Positions 1-10,700 of a DNA stretch of 64,000 bases are shown in pieces (position 1 is the stretch's first letter; each line of letters begins with the position of its first letter). The notes under the pieces were generated by a model. That model was not told the DNA's origin. It worked only from the letters and a program-made list of their open reading frames with translations, and searched no databases. The stretch lies in assembly GCA_021823625.1 (NCBI GenBank), contig JAKANS010000007.1, positions 1,321 to 65,320 on the forward strand. The letters are read 5' to 3'. Made by a program: the position numbers and the translations under genes. The DNA comes from a bacterium (lineage in GTDB: Bacteria; Verrucomicrobiota; Verrucomicrobiia; Limisphaerales; J093).

Positions 1-200
1 ATAGCCGTCTCGCGGACGTGCGACGGATCATCCGGCTCAGCCATCCAGGAAGCGAGGGACCGGCCCTGGTAGCTCGGTTCGGCCGGCCAGCGCAGGCGGT
101 CTTGCAGGACGAGAAGGAGCAAAACCACCAGTACGCCGGCCGCGGCCAGAGCGAGCCAGCGAAGGCGGCTTTTGCGGGAGGCGTTTTGTTTGACGTTCAT
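1..200 (-). CDS. HEAT-repeat membrane-anchored protein, paralog of the neighbouring gene (runs off the window edge)
   Basis: Not in the ORF track. ATG at 200 reads MNVKQNASRKSRLRWLALAAAGVLVVLLLLVLQDRLRWPAEPSYQGRSLASW..., the same basic/TM/'P.Y.G.SL..W' layout as the N-terminus of 246..1640. Confidence 0.65.
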   Translation of the reverse strand, partial: MNVKQNASRKSRLRWLALAAAGVLVVLLLLVLQDRLRWPAEPSYQGRSLASWMAEPDDPSHVRETA

Positions 201-245
201 GGTTACCCGTTCGTTGGAAAGGAGACAGTTCGCCGGGCGGCCCGC

Positions 246-1640
246 TCAATCGCCGGCCGTGACCTCAGTGGGCAAACCGCTGGGGCGGCCGCGAATGCGC
301 TCCCGCGCATCTCGGGCCGCCGACCGCGCGTGGCCGACCACCACGTCTTGAATCGTCGCGGTGTGGGCCAGTCGGGTGAGTTCTGGCATCGCGGCGGCGG
401 CTCCCGGGCCGATGGCGGCGAGGGCGTTGGCGGCCGTCAACTGTTCCTCCGGATCGTCAGCGCGGAGCATGAGTGTGAGACCTGGCACGGCGGGTGCGCC
501 GGCGGCGCCCAAGCCGGTCAGCGCCACGGCCGCGTTCACACGCACGTCCGATTCGACGTTGGTGAGAAATGGTACCAGACCGGGCACGGCCGCCGGTCCC
601 ATTTTGCCCAATGCCAGCGCCGCCATGCTCGGCGTGCGCGAAGGCCGGTGGCTCTGTTCGGTCTCCAGCATGGTCAACAAACGCGGGATGGCGGCGCTCG
701 CCGCGGGGCCCATTTCGCCCAGCGTGGCGGCGGCCTCCCAGCGGCGTTCCGGCTCCGAGAGCAACTCGCAGAGGATCGCGACCGTCGCGTTCGTTTCCAG
801 GCCGAGTTGGCGAAGCGCCCGCGTGGCTTCCAAACGTTCACCGGGCCGGTCGGACTTCGCCAGCGCGAGCAAATCGGGCGCCGCCGCGCGCGCCGCCGTC
901 CCCAACGAGGCCAACGCTTTGGCGGCAAAACGTCGCTCGGCGTCCACCGGAGAGCGCAGGCGCGCGGCCACCGCGGCCACGACCCGTGGATCGTCCCGAC
1001 CGACCGCCGGCAACGCGCGCAGCACGTTCTCGCGTTGGTGGACATCGGAGTGCGCGAGCAGTCCGAGCAGCGGCGGAACCAGGTTCGTCCGCGCGGAACC
1101 GAAGGCCTTCTCCGCGTTGTCGCTGAGGAGGCTGGCCACGCCGTTGAGTGTGCGCCAGTCCGGGGCTTCAAGCACCCCGGCAATCGCGGGGATCGCGGGC
1201 GGGCCGATGCCGCGCAAGGCCTGGGCAGCGGGGTCGAGCCAGATTCGCCGGGCCAGCGCGGGCGCGGCAGGTGCCGCTTGCGGGCCGAGCCGCGCGAGTT
1301 CACCGGCGGCCGCGGCGGCCAGATCCTCGGCGCGGATCGGAGCCGCGCTTTTCGGCCAAAAGCGCCGCCGCAACCGCCACCACGTCTCGCGGATGCGGCT
1401 GTCCTCCCCGTGCACCGCGCGGGTCAGTTCGGGCACCGCTTCCGGGCCGATGGTTTTAAGCGCCGCCTCGGCCGGCAGGCGGACGCGGTAGTCGTCGTTG
1501 GCCAGTGCCACCAGCCAATGCCGCAGCGAATGGCCGTGGTAGCGCGGGCCAGGGTCGGGCCACCAGGCGACGGCCAGGCCGGCGATGAGCACCAGGGCCA
1601 TCGCGGCGGGCAGAAGCGTTTTGCGGGAAATGCGTTTCAC
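246..1640 (-). CDS. HEAT/PBS-lyase repeat protein with N-terminal membrane anchor
   Basis: N-terminal hydrophobic helix, then repeated 'AAxALGxxGPxAxxAxPxL' HEAT units. Confidence 0.85.
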   Translation of the reverse strand: MKRISRKTLLPAAMALVLIAGLAVAWWPDPGPRYHGHSLRHWLVALANDDYRVRLPAEAALKTIGPEAVPELTRAVHGEDSRIRETWWRLRRRFWPKSAAPIRAEDLAAAAAGELARLGPQAAPAAPALARRIWLDPAAQALRGIGPPAIPAIAGVLEAPDWRTLNGVASLLSDNAEKAFGSARTNLVPPLLGLLAHSDVHQRENVLRALPAVGRDDPRVVAAVAARLRSPVDAERRFAAKALASLGTAARAAAPDLLALAKSDRPGERLEATRALRQLGLETNATVAILCELLSEPERRWEAAATLGEMGPAASAAIPRLLTMLETEQSHRPSRTPSMAALALGKMGPAAVPGLVPFLTNVESDVRVNAAVALTGLGAAGAPAVPGLTLMLRADDPEEQLTAANALAAIGPGAAAAMPELTRLAHTATIQDVVVGHARSAARDARERIRGRPSGLPTEVTAGD

Positions 1641-1751
1641 CGGACCGCCAACAAGTTAGCGCCACTCGCGGTCAGGGAACAGCGGCAAAGGGCCATGTCC
1701 CGATTTCAATCTCGAAGTCGCAGTTGACCTGGTTCCGTCGCTGGGAACTTG

Positions 1752-1910
1752 CCCGCGAAACACGCAAAACACGCGAAACATGCAAAAAAACCAAAGTATC
1801 GAACCGCTGTCTCCGCTGCGGTCATCGTTCACACCCGTTGGGTGAAGCCGGCGTTTCATCGCCGACCTTCACGGCCGGTTTGTTTTCGCGTGTTTGGCGT
1901 GTTTGGCGGG
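1752..1910. repeat. Small intergenic element bounded by inverted arrays of a 9-bp unit (CGCGAAACA-like)
   Basis: CCCGCGAAACACGCAAAACACGCGAAACA (1752-1780) is nearly the reverse complement of TGTTTTCGCGTGTTTGGCGTGTTTGGCGGG (1881-1910). Confidence 0.75.
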
Positions 1911-2135
1911 AGATTCAATTGCAGCTTATCGGTTGAGATTGGTGGCCGCGCCGCGGCGGCGGCGGGCGGGTGCGGCAGAACCGCCCCCACCAAAGCAGGA
2001 CGCCACCCGGCAAAGCGCCGGATCGGGTGCCCGCGGTGGGTCGCACCCGTTCCGGGAAAACGCTTCGCCGTGGACTTCCACGGTTGCAAAAGCCGTGGGC
2101 CGTGCTAAATCCACGGCTCGGTTGGAATCATAACT

Positions 2136-2477
2136 ATGCCGACGTACCAATACGTTTGCGCCAAGTGCGGACACGAATTCGAGCTCGTCCAGTCCATGAA
2201 GGACGACCCGCTGGCGACGTGCCCGAAGGATCGTTGCGCCCGCAAACCCTGGGCCAAAGGCAAGGTCAAGCGTCAGATGAGCGGGGGCGCCGGCCTCATT
2301 TTCAAGGGCAGCGGCTTTTACATCACCGACTACCGCAGCGAGGGCTACAAGCAGTCCGCGAAACAGGAGTCGGACAACGCCGCCCCCAAGAAGGACACCG
2401 GCACCAAGCCGGAGGCGAAACCCGCCGGCGGCGGCGGTTCGGCGGGCGGCGGGGGCGCCAAGCCGGCCAAGGAGTAA
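2136..2477 (+). CDS. FmdB-family zinc-ribbon regulatory protein
   Basis: MPTYQYVCAKCGHEFE...CP...FKGSGFYITDY signature with low-complexity tail. Confidence 0.92.
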   Translation: MPTYQYVCAKCGHEFELVQSMKDDPLATCPKDRCARKPWAKGKVKRQMSGGAGLIFKGSGFYITDYRSEGYKQSAKQESDNAAPKKDTGTKPEAKPAGGGGSAGGGGAKPAKE

Positions 2478-2483
2478 CCTGCC

Positions 2484-3902
2484 GTGCGCCTTACCGGCGG
2501 CATGCGGTTCGGTCTGGCTGCGTGGGCGGGGTGGCTCTCCGCGGTGGTGGGGTGGTGTTTGCCGGGGTTGGCGGCGTTGCCGGGCGCGAGCGATTGGGTG
2601 ACGGTGTACAGCCGGTCGGGCCAGTTCATCGTTCACAGTCTGCATCCCACCGCGCCGAGCCTGGCCGTGGTGTCGCCGGCGAGCACCAGCAAATTGATCT
2701 GGCTCCAGCCGGACCCGCTGGCGGTTTCCGGCGAGCGCATCAAGGCGTCTTTGCTCGCTGAACTGGGCCTGCCCGATCGCTGGCGCGGCAAGATCCAACT
2801 GAACATCACGCCCCGGATCCGGCCCGTTCTGTTCCCGACGGCGGCGGCGGTGCGGTTCACCGACGGCTGGCAGTACTCGCTGCGGTTGCCCCAGGAAATC
2901 GAAGGCACCGCCCTGGTTCGCGGCCTCGTGCACGCGCTGTTGAGCGAACTGGCCGGCCGCACGCCCGGCCCGAACGCGCCGGAGATTCCGTTCTGGCTCG
3001 TCGAGGGCTTGACCGGCGAAATCCTTTCCCGCGTCGGCCCCGACCCGCTCGCGAAGCCGAACACGGTCACCGGCAAGTACGGCAACGCGCTGGGCCTGCT
3101 GCAAGGCACGGCCAGCGATCGTCAGTTGGCCCGCGAAAGCCGCGAGTTCCTCGACCGCTTCACGTCCCGCCCGATCCTTTCCTTCGAGGAACTCAGCCTG
3201 CCGTCCAATGCACAACTCTCGGGTGCCGCGCTCGAACATTACCGGATGTGCTGCCAGGTTTTCTTCGCTTCGCTCCAGCGCCTGCCCGGCGGCCGGCAGG
3301 CACTCGTCGCGATGCTCGAACAACTGCCCCGGCACCTGAACTGGCAGACCGCTTTCCTTAGCGCCTTCCGATCCCAGTTCTCCGGGATGCTCGACGTCGA
3401 AAAATGGTGGGCGCTCACCACCCAACGGGTCACCGTTACGGCGAAAGGTTTCACCCTGTCGCCCGAGGCGGCCCTGCGCTGGCTCGCGGATTTGATCCAA
3501 ATCACCGTCGAGGTCCAGGAGACTCGCGACGCCCCGCTGATCCGGCGCACGCTGACGCTTCAGACCGTGGTCACCGAATGGGATTTCGCCGGGCAACCGC
3601 CCGTGCTCTCGGAGCGCATCCGGCAACTGCGGGCGTTGGCGGGTGCGTTGCCGCCGGAGGTCAAACCGCTCGCCGCCGAGTACGCCAACACGCTGCAGGC
3701 GTACCTCGAACAGCGCGGGCGCGCGGGACTGCAGCCAACCTTGCCCGGGCTCGCGCAAGCGAACCTCTCCGACGCGTTGCGCACGGCCGTCAGCACCCTC
3801 GATGCGCTGGACCGGCGCCGGGACGAAATCTGGGCGCGGCTGCGCCAAAACGATCTCACGCGCGCGAACGCCGGCGAAGCACCCTCCACGGCCAGGCGTT
3901 GA
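2484..3902 (+). CDS. Hypothetical exported protein with degenerate gluzincin-like motif
   Basis: 472 aa, hydrophobic N-terminus, 'LVHALL...PFWLVEGL'; begins 7 nt after the FmdB gene. Confidence 0.65.
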   Translation: MRLTGGMRFGLAAWAGWLSAVVGWCLPGLAALPGASDWVTVYSRSGQFIVHSLHPTAPSLAVVSPASTSKLIWLQPDPLAVSGERIKASLLAELGLPDRWRGKIQLNITPRIRPVLFPTAAAVRFTDGWQYSLRLPQEIEGTALVRGLVHALLSELAGRTPGPNAPEIPFWLVEGLTGEILSRVGPDPLAKPNTVTGKYGNALGLLQGTASDRQLARESREFLDRFTSRPILSFEELSLPSNAQLSGAALEHYRMCCQVFFASLQRLPGGRQALVAMLEQLPRHLNWQTAFLSAFRSQFSGMLDVEKWWALTTQRVTVTAKGFTLSPEAALRWLADLIQITVEVQETRDAPLIRRTLTLQTVVTEWDFAGQPPVLSERIRQLRALAGALPPEVKPLAAEYANTLQAYLEQRGRAGLQPTLPGLAQANLSDALRTAVSTLDALDRRRDEIWARLRQNDLTRANAGEAPSTARR

Positions 3903-3927
3903 AGCGCTCGCGCCTCGTGGTCGTGGC

Positions 3928-4563
3928 TCAAACGCTCGGCGGCTGGATCGCCTTTTTCGCCGCGCTCACGAACGCGCCGATCTTCGCCGGGTCTTTCCGG
4001 CCGGGAGCCGATTCCACGCCGCTTGAAACATCCACCGCGTACGGCCGCGCCTGCCGGATGGCCTCCACCACGTTTTCCGGCGTGAGCCCGCCGGCGAGCA
4101 GGATCGGCCGGCCGTACTGCGCGGTCTGGGCCGCCAGCGCCCAATTGAAACGCGCGCCCGTCCCGCCCAATTGGCCCGGCACGAAGCTGTCCAGCAACCA
4201 CGCCGCGGTGGCGTAGTCGCGGAGCCCGGCCAACGATTCCGGCCCGCTGATGCGGAACCCCTTGATCACCGGCAGCGCGAACCGGCCGCAAAATTCCGGC
4301 GTCTCGCGACCGTGAAATTGCAGCGTGTCCAGCCGGCATTCCCTGGCCGTTTCGCGGATGAAGTCTTCCGTCGCATCCACGAAGACGCCCACCTTGGCGA
4401 TGAACGGCGGTAATGTGCGGCAAATTGCGGCCGCGTGGGTCACGGTCACCGCGCGCGGACTGCGCTCGTAAAACAGGAAGCCCAACGCATCCGCGCCGGC
4501 GACCACCGCCGCCAGTGCATCCTCGCGTCGCGTGATGCCGCAAATCTTCACCCGCACGTTCAT
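3928..4563 (-). CDS. trpF: Phosphoribosylanthranilate isomerase
   Basis: VKICGITR, ADALGFLF, QFHG.E, LAGGLTPENV, DVSSGVE motifs; start reset to ATG 4563. Confidence 0.96.
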   Translation of the reverse strand: MNVRVKICGITRREDALAAVVAGADALGFLFYERSPRAVTVTHAAAICRTLPPFIAKVGVFVDATEDFIRETARECRLDTLQFHGRETPEFCGRFALPVIKGFRISGPESLAGLRDYATAAWLLDSFVPGQLGGTGARFNWALAAQTAQYGRPILLAGGLTPENVVEAIRQARPYAVDVSSGVESAPGRKDPAKIGAFVSAAKKAIQPPSV

Positions 4564-4679
4564 GCCGTGGCTCTTCTGCCAGAACGGCGCGCGAAAGCCA
4601 CGCGGTTTTTCGTGCCGTGCAACCCCGGTCGCAGCGGTTTGTACTTCCCTCACGGTCCGCCGCCGGGTAGGGAAGCGGC

Positions 4680-7679
4680 ATGTCTCATGCACGCCGTTAC
4701 TGGGAAACGTGCGCCATCCTGCTGGCGCTCTCGCTGCGCGCCGCTGACTCCGCCGGTCCCGAGGCCGTCGCCAACGACCTCCCGCGCTTCCCGCCCGTCG
4801 CGGTCCAGGACGTGTTGCCGACCTTCAAAGTGCGGCCGGGCTTTCGGATCGAACTGGTCGCCAGCGAGCCGCTGGTGCGCGATCCCATCGAAATCTGCTT
4901 CGACGAAAACGGCCGGATGTTCGTCGTCGAAATGATCGATTACTCGGAGTTGCGCGACGCCCAGCCGCACCTGGGGCACGTGCAGATGCTCGAAGACACG
5001 GACGGCGACGGACGCTTCGATAAGAGCACTGTGTTCGCGGACGACCTTCCATGGCCGACCGGCCTGTGCTGCTGGAATGGCGGCATCTTCGTGGGCGCGA
5101 CGCCGGATGTGTTCTACTTGAAAGACACCGACGGCGACGGCAAAGCGGACGTGCGCCGGCGCGTTCTTACCGGTTTTGCAATCGACTACGCGCCGTACCG
5201 GACCAACCAGCTCAACATGCAGGCGATGTTCAACAGTTTTCGCTGGGGCCTGGACAACCGCATCCACGGCTGCACGGCACCCAACGGCGGCGAGGTCACG
5301 TCGCCGCTCACGCCGGGTCGCGCGCCGGTGAACGTCCGCGGACGCGACTTCGCCTTCGACCCCCGCACGGACGTGCTCGAAACCGAGGCGGACGGTGGAC
5401 AATACGGTTTGTGTTTCGACGACCGTGGCCGGCGGTACACGTGCAACAACAGCGACCACATCCGCGTGTTCATGTACGAATCGCGTTACGCGGATCGCAA
5501 CCCGTACTTCACCATGCCACCCGCGCTGGAAAGCATCGCCGTGGACGGCCCGGCGGCGGAGGTCTATCGCACCAGCCCGGAGGAACCGTGGCGGGTCTTG
5601 CGCACCAAATGGCGCGTCTCCGGCGCAGTGCCGGGGCCCATCGAGGGCGGTGGGAGGGCGAGCGGTTATTTCACCAGCGCCACCGGCATCACGATCTATC
5701 GCGGCGACGCCTGGCCGGAAGAATTCGTGGGCGACGCCTTCATTGCCGATTGCGGCAGCAACCTGGTTCACCGGAAAAAGGTGCGCGCGGACGGCGTCGC
5801 GTTGCGGGCCGAGCGACCGGCCGACGAGCGACGCACCGAGTTCCTCACCTCCACCGACACCTGGTTCCGGCCGGTGCAAGGCGCGAACGCGCCGGACGGG
5901 GCGCTGTACGTGATCGACATGTACCGCGAGATCGTCGAACACCCGTGGTCGCTGCCGCCCGGCATCAAGAAGTTCCTGGACCTGAACAGCGGCAACGACC
6001 GCGGCCGGATTTACCGCATCGTGCCGGATGGCTTCAAACAACCGAAGCTCCCGCGGCTCGGCCAGGCCGGCACCGCAGAGCTCGTGAAAACATTGGAATC
6101 GCGCAACGCCTGGCATCGCGAGACTGCGGCGCGCCTGCTTTACGAGCGCCAGGACAAAGCAGCCGTGCCGGCGTTAGAAACGCTGCTTCGCGAATCGCAT
6201 TCGCCGCTCGGCCGGATGCACGCGCTGTATGTGCTTTCCGGGTTGGGCGCGCTCGCGCCGGAGCATCTGTTGACGGCGTTGAACGACGCCGACGACCGCG
6301 TCCGCGAACACGCCGTGCGACTCAAGGAAAAGTTTCTCGCCATGCCGGCGCCCGCGCCAACGTTGACCGAAAAGCTGCTGGCGCTGGCGGACGACCCAAG
6401 TCCCCAGGTGCGCTACCAACTCGCGTTCACGCTCGGCGAAACCCACGACCCGCGGCGCCTCGACGCCCTGGCCACCATCGCCCGGCGCGACGCCGCGGAC
6501 CGGTGGACGCGCGCCGCGGTGCTGAGTTCGCTCGCGGAAGGACCGGTGGAGATGTTCGACCGTGTGACGGCTTGGTTCGCGCCGTACCGCACCGGTCCGG
6601 CGCCGGGCGAAGGCGAGTATGAATTTCTCCGCCAGCTTGTGGAGGTCATGGGCGCGCGAAACCGCACCAACGAAGTCGCCGCCGTGCTGGGCTTCGTGGC
6701 GAAGGCGGAGCCGGCGGTCGCCTTCACGCTGGTCCACGCGCTGGGCGAGGGTTTGCAGCGATCCCGCGGCAAGCTGGCCACGGCGGATTTGCAGCCGCTC
6801 TTCGCCCGCGCGAACAGCCTGGCGAGCGATGCCGCCGCGGCCGAAACGACGCGCGTCCAAGCCGTCGAGTTGCTGGCGCTGACCAGCTACGCCGAATCCG
6901 GGGAGCGCCTGTTCGGTTTGCTCGACCAGACGCAGCCGCAAGCGGTGCAGTTGGCGGCGATCCGCACGTTGGGCCGGTTCAACGACGCCGTGGTCGGTCG
7001 CGAACTGGCGGCCCGCTGGACTTCGCTGACGCCGCGGTTGCGCGCCTCGGTGCTGCCGGTGCTCGTGGCGCGACCGGAGCGCGCGGCGGAATTGTTGACC
7101 GCGGTCGAGACCGGCGCCATCCGCAAGACCGACCTGACCTCGACGCAGATCGATTTTCTCATGAACCATCGTGACGCCCGAATCCGCCAGCGGGCGGTGA
7201 AGTTGTTGGCGGGACAAGTGACCACCGAGCGTCAGCAGATCATCGATGCGTTTCGGCCGGCGTTGGCCCTGCAAGGTGACCCCGCGAGAGGCAAAACCCT
7301 TTTCGTTGAGCGGTGCTCGTCCTGCCATCGTTTGGGCGGCGAAGGCTACGCGCTGGGGCCGGACTTGGTGAGCGTGCGCAACGCCGGCAGGGAGAAAATG
7401 CTCACGAGCATCGTCGATCCGAGTCGGGAGGTGTTGCCGCAATACCTGGCGTTCGAGATCGAGACCAAGGACGACGAAAGCCTGCTGGGCATTGTGGCCA
7501 ACGAAACGGCCACGAGCGTCACGCTTCGCCAGGCTTACGGCAAGGAGACGGTGATTCTCCGCGCGAACATTGCGTCCATGCAAAGCCGCGGCAAATCGGT
7601 CATGCCCGATGATCTTCAAGCCGGGCTCACCCCGCAGGACATGGCGGATCTATTGGAGTTCGTCGGCACGGCACAGTGA
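4680..7679 (+). CDS. PVC-type membrane-bound dehydrogenase with C-terminal cytochrome c (CxxCH)
   Basis: Signal peptide, 'GFRIELVASEPLVRDP', beta-propeller with FRPV/PDGALY motifs, HEAT repeats, CSSCH...GPDL...S.MP. Confidence 0.92.
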   Translation: MSHARRYWETCAILLALSLRAADSAGPEAVANDLPRFPPVAVQDVLPTFKVRPGFRIELVASEPLVRDPIEICFDENGRMFVVEMIDYSELRDAQPHLGHVQMLEDTDGDGRFDKSTVFADDLPWPTGLCCWNGGIFVGATPDVFYLKDTDGDGKADVRRRVLTGFAIDYAPYRTNQLNMQAMFNSFRWGLDNRIHGCTAPNGGEVTSPLTPGRAPVNVRGRDFAFDPRTDVLETEADGGQYGLCFDDRGRRYTCNNSDHIRVFMYESRYADRNPYFTMPPALESIAVDGPAAEVYRTSPEEPWRVLRTKWRVSGAVPGPIEGGGRASGYFTSATGITIYRGDAWPEEFVGDAFIADCGSNLVHRKKVRADGVALRAERPADERRTEFLTSTDTWFRPVQGANAPDGALYVIDMYREIVEHPWSLPPGIKKFLDLNSGNDRGRIYRIVPDGFKQPKLPRLGQAGTAELVKTLESRNAWHRETAARLLYERQDKAAVPALETLLRESHSPLGRMHALYVLSGLGALAPEHLLTALNDADDRVREHAVRLKEKFLAMPAPAPTLTEKLLALADDPSPQVRYQLAFTLGETHDPRRLDALATIARRDAADRWTRAAVLSSLAEGPVEMFDRVTAWFAPYRTGPAPGEGEYEFLRQLVEVMGARNRTNEVAAVLGFVAKAEPAVAFTLVHALGEGLQRSRGKLATADLQPLFARANSLASDAAAAETTRVQAVELLALTSYAESGERLFGLLDQTQPQAVQLAAIRTLGRFNDAVVGRELAARWTSLTPRLRASVLPVLVARPERAAELLTAVETGAIRKTDLTSTQIDFLMNHRDARIRQRAVKLLAGQVTTERQQIIDAFRPALALQGDPARGKTLFVERCSSCHRLGGEGYALGPDLVSVRNAGREKMLTSIVDPSREVLPQYLAFEIETKDDESLLGIVANETATSVTLRQAYGKETVILRANIASMQSRGKSVMPDDLQAGLTPQDMADLLEFVGTAQ

Positions 7680-7751
7680 GGGCGGGCCAACGGCGTTTGG
7701 TGGAGCGAAAAGCGCGCGCGTTCCAGGCGGGTTGGACACCCGCGCTCCGGC

Positions 7752-10700
7752 TCACGGCGCTTCGGCTACGCGGAAGAAGCGGTGCGGATTGCCTTGCGCG
7801 TCCACGGCCACCGGCGTTTCACCCGTGAAAGCCCCAGGCAACGCCTGCCACGTGGCCATTCCCAGGTCATCCTTGAAATCGATCCGGTACCGTTTGCCGG
7901 GTTGCGCGTTCCAGAGCAATTCCACCTGGCCGCTCGTGACGTTGCGGCGGATCACCGCCAGCGGGTTGGAATCACCAGACAGGATTTCCACCTTGAAGAG
8001 GTCCACCGCCTGGTTGTAATCGCCGGCCGCCAGATCCGGGGCATGACTCAGGAAGAACAGGCAGTTGCCATCGGCGCTGAAGAAAGGCTGGGTGGACCAG
8101 CCAGTACCCGGTTCTCCGCCCGGCGTGTGGCTGAGCAGCAGCATCTGACCGGTCTGCATGTCGCGGAGGAACACGTTCTTCACGCCCTTGGCCACGCCGG
8201 GCAGCAGGTTGCCGGCGAGGCTGGCAAACACGACGTAGCGGCCATCGGCGCTGATCGAAGCGAACTTCGAGTTGTCATCGGCCTCGCTGGCACCGTCGGT
8301 TGCGACGCTGACCAAGGCGGCCGTGCCAGTGTCCACGTCCGCACGCCAGACTTGGTTCAGGGCGCTGTTTCCACTGCCCGGCGAAGTCCAGACTACAAAG
8401 CGCCCATCGCTGTTGAGGGCTGGAGGGGCGAGTGTTCCCCGCAGCACCAAATTCGACAGCACGACCTCGTTTCGCAACCAATCCGCCACCACCAGGGTGT
8501 TCGTGCCGATTGGCCCTGGGTAGGTGGTTGGGTGGAAGAAGGCCACCCGACTCCCGTCGGCGCTGAGCACCGGCATTTGCGCCGGGGCCGAGGAGGTCCA
8601 GAGGGCGGGGACCGCAGTGCCGCCAGCCGCCAGCCAGGCCGCCGGTTCATGGATCTCAACTCGGGCGTCGGTCTCGGGAGTCTTTGCGCTCAGGTTGAGT
8701 GCGACGTGTTTGCCGTCCCGAGAAAAGCTCGGGGCGTTCAGCAGCGTCCCCGGAATAATGGCCGAGAAGGCCCCGGTATTGGGATTCGCCAAGTACCAAC
8801 GGTAGAAAGGGAGGGACTTGGCGTAGAAGCCGGCCAAGACGGCGCTTCCGTCCGGGCTGAGCCAGGCATCGTCCACGGCTGAGGCCGATGCCGGAACTGG
8901 ATCCGCGCGCAAGACTCTGCGTTGCTCGGTGGCAATCGATTGGAGAAAAACATCGTCGAGGGCATTGGTGTCGCCGGTTACCAGATTGGTGGCGGCGCTC
9001 ACGAACAGCACCTGTTCGCCACCGGCACTCAGCGCAGGCGTCCGCGGGTGGCCGTTGGCGAGGTTGCCGTCCACACCTCCGCTCAGGAGTTGGCGCGAAC
9101 CGGTCTGGGTATCGATCAGGTACACCTGCATGTGATTCGTATCGCCGGCCGGCGCGGATAGAAAAGCCGTCAATGCCACGTAACGACCATCCGCGCTGAC
9201 GCCCTCCGGTCGCACGCCAATCCAACCACGCGTCGAGACCGACTCGCCGATCTGGGGCACCAGCCTGAGCGTGCTGGCCGTCTTCGTCCGCGTATCGAAC
9301 AAGTGGATTGTGGTCGCTCCGGCGTCGTCCGGAGCGCTTAGCGCCAACCAGTCGCCATTCGGACTGAGCACTGTTGACGTGTCCGAGATGGACACTTCGC
9401 CCAGTTCGGCGATGAGTTGCAGCGTGCCGGCTTCGCGGTCGAACCAGTAGGCCCGCAGCGCTGGGTTGGTTGCGCCCGCGACGAGGTTTTGGGCGGCGCT
9501 TAGAAAAGCGACGCCGCGGCCATCCGGGGCGATCAGGGCATTGCTTGCGTCAGCGTCGGCCGGGGCGCCGTCCGGCGCGGCACTGACCAGGCGCGTGGTT
9601 TCGGTCTGCGCATCATAGAGGTAAACCTGCGACGGGCCGTTCGTGCCGGCGGGGGTTGTCGTCGGTGAAGGATCGCCGGCCGGCCAGGGCGCTGAATAGG
9701 CCACGTACCGGCCATCGGCGCTGAGCACGGCGTTGTAGGCTGAAGCGGGGAAAATCTGCCGCGACGTGTCGTTTGTCCGCAGGCTCAAGAGGGTGGCTTT
9801 GCCTTGATCGGTGTCGTACAGAGTCAGGCCGTACAACTGGTTGGTGGAGCCGGCGAGGCTCACCTCACTCCGAAAGGCGACGAATCGTCCGTTGGCGCTG
9901 ATGGCGGGGGCGCTGTGGGTCGGGCGCCCTCCGGTGACAAGCTCGGGCGGCAGTTGCGCGGTGCAATTCACCCATTGGCCCGAGGTCAGGTCTTTCCAAG
10001 CCACCAAGTTCGAAACGCCGGCAGCCGCGCTCGCGGTCACAACCAGTTTCTCGGCGTCGGGCGTGGCGGCGAAACCGGTCAGCCGCCACCACGCGTTCAA
10101 CGTGGTGGGAAGATTGGTGGTGAGGCATTCGGTGCGCGCCTCGGCGAGATCGCGACGGCAGACGTTCTCAATCGTCAGCAGCGGACTCGGCGTTCGAGCA
10201 GGAAGCGGACTGCGAAAGATCACAAACCGCCCGTCGGTGGAAATCTGGGTGGGCGATCCCGGCGTGGCGGAATCGAACACCGCGTTTTCACTGCTGACGT
10301 TGACACTGACGAGCCAGTTTGTACCCGTCGCAAGGTCGCGGACAAAAACATCCCAGTCGGCGCGGAAAGTATCAGTGGCCACCAAGTCGGAAGCGCGGCT
10401 TCGAAAAACGACCCGGCTGGCGTCCGCTGACATGCCACCGGCGAGGGACGCCCCATTTCCCGAACGTCCGCCCAAGGCGGCACTGACGAGCGTGAATTGG
10501 CTGGCGGTGCGGTCGAAAAGGAAAACGTCCGCCGCGGCGTTGAGGTCGTTGGTGACCCACCGATCGCTGGTGGAGGTGAACAGCAACCACCGAGCGTCGT
10601 CCGAAATCGCGTTCAGGGTAGTGAGTTCAGGGCCCGGGACTGCCGCGGCAGCCGGCGTGGATGTGCCGAGCAACCTGGGAGTTGGATTGTCTGCCACGGC

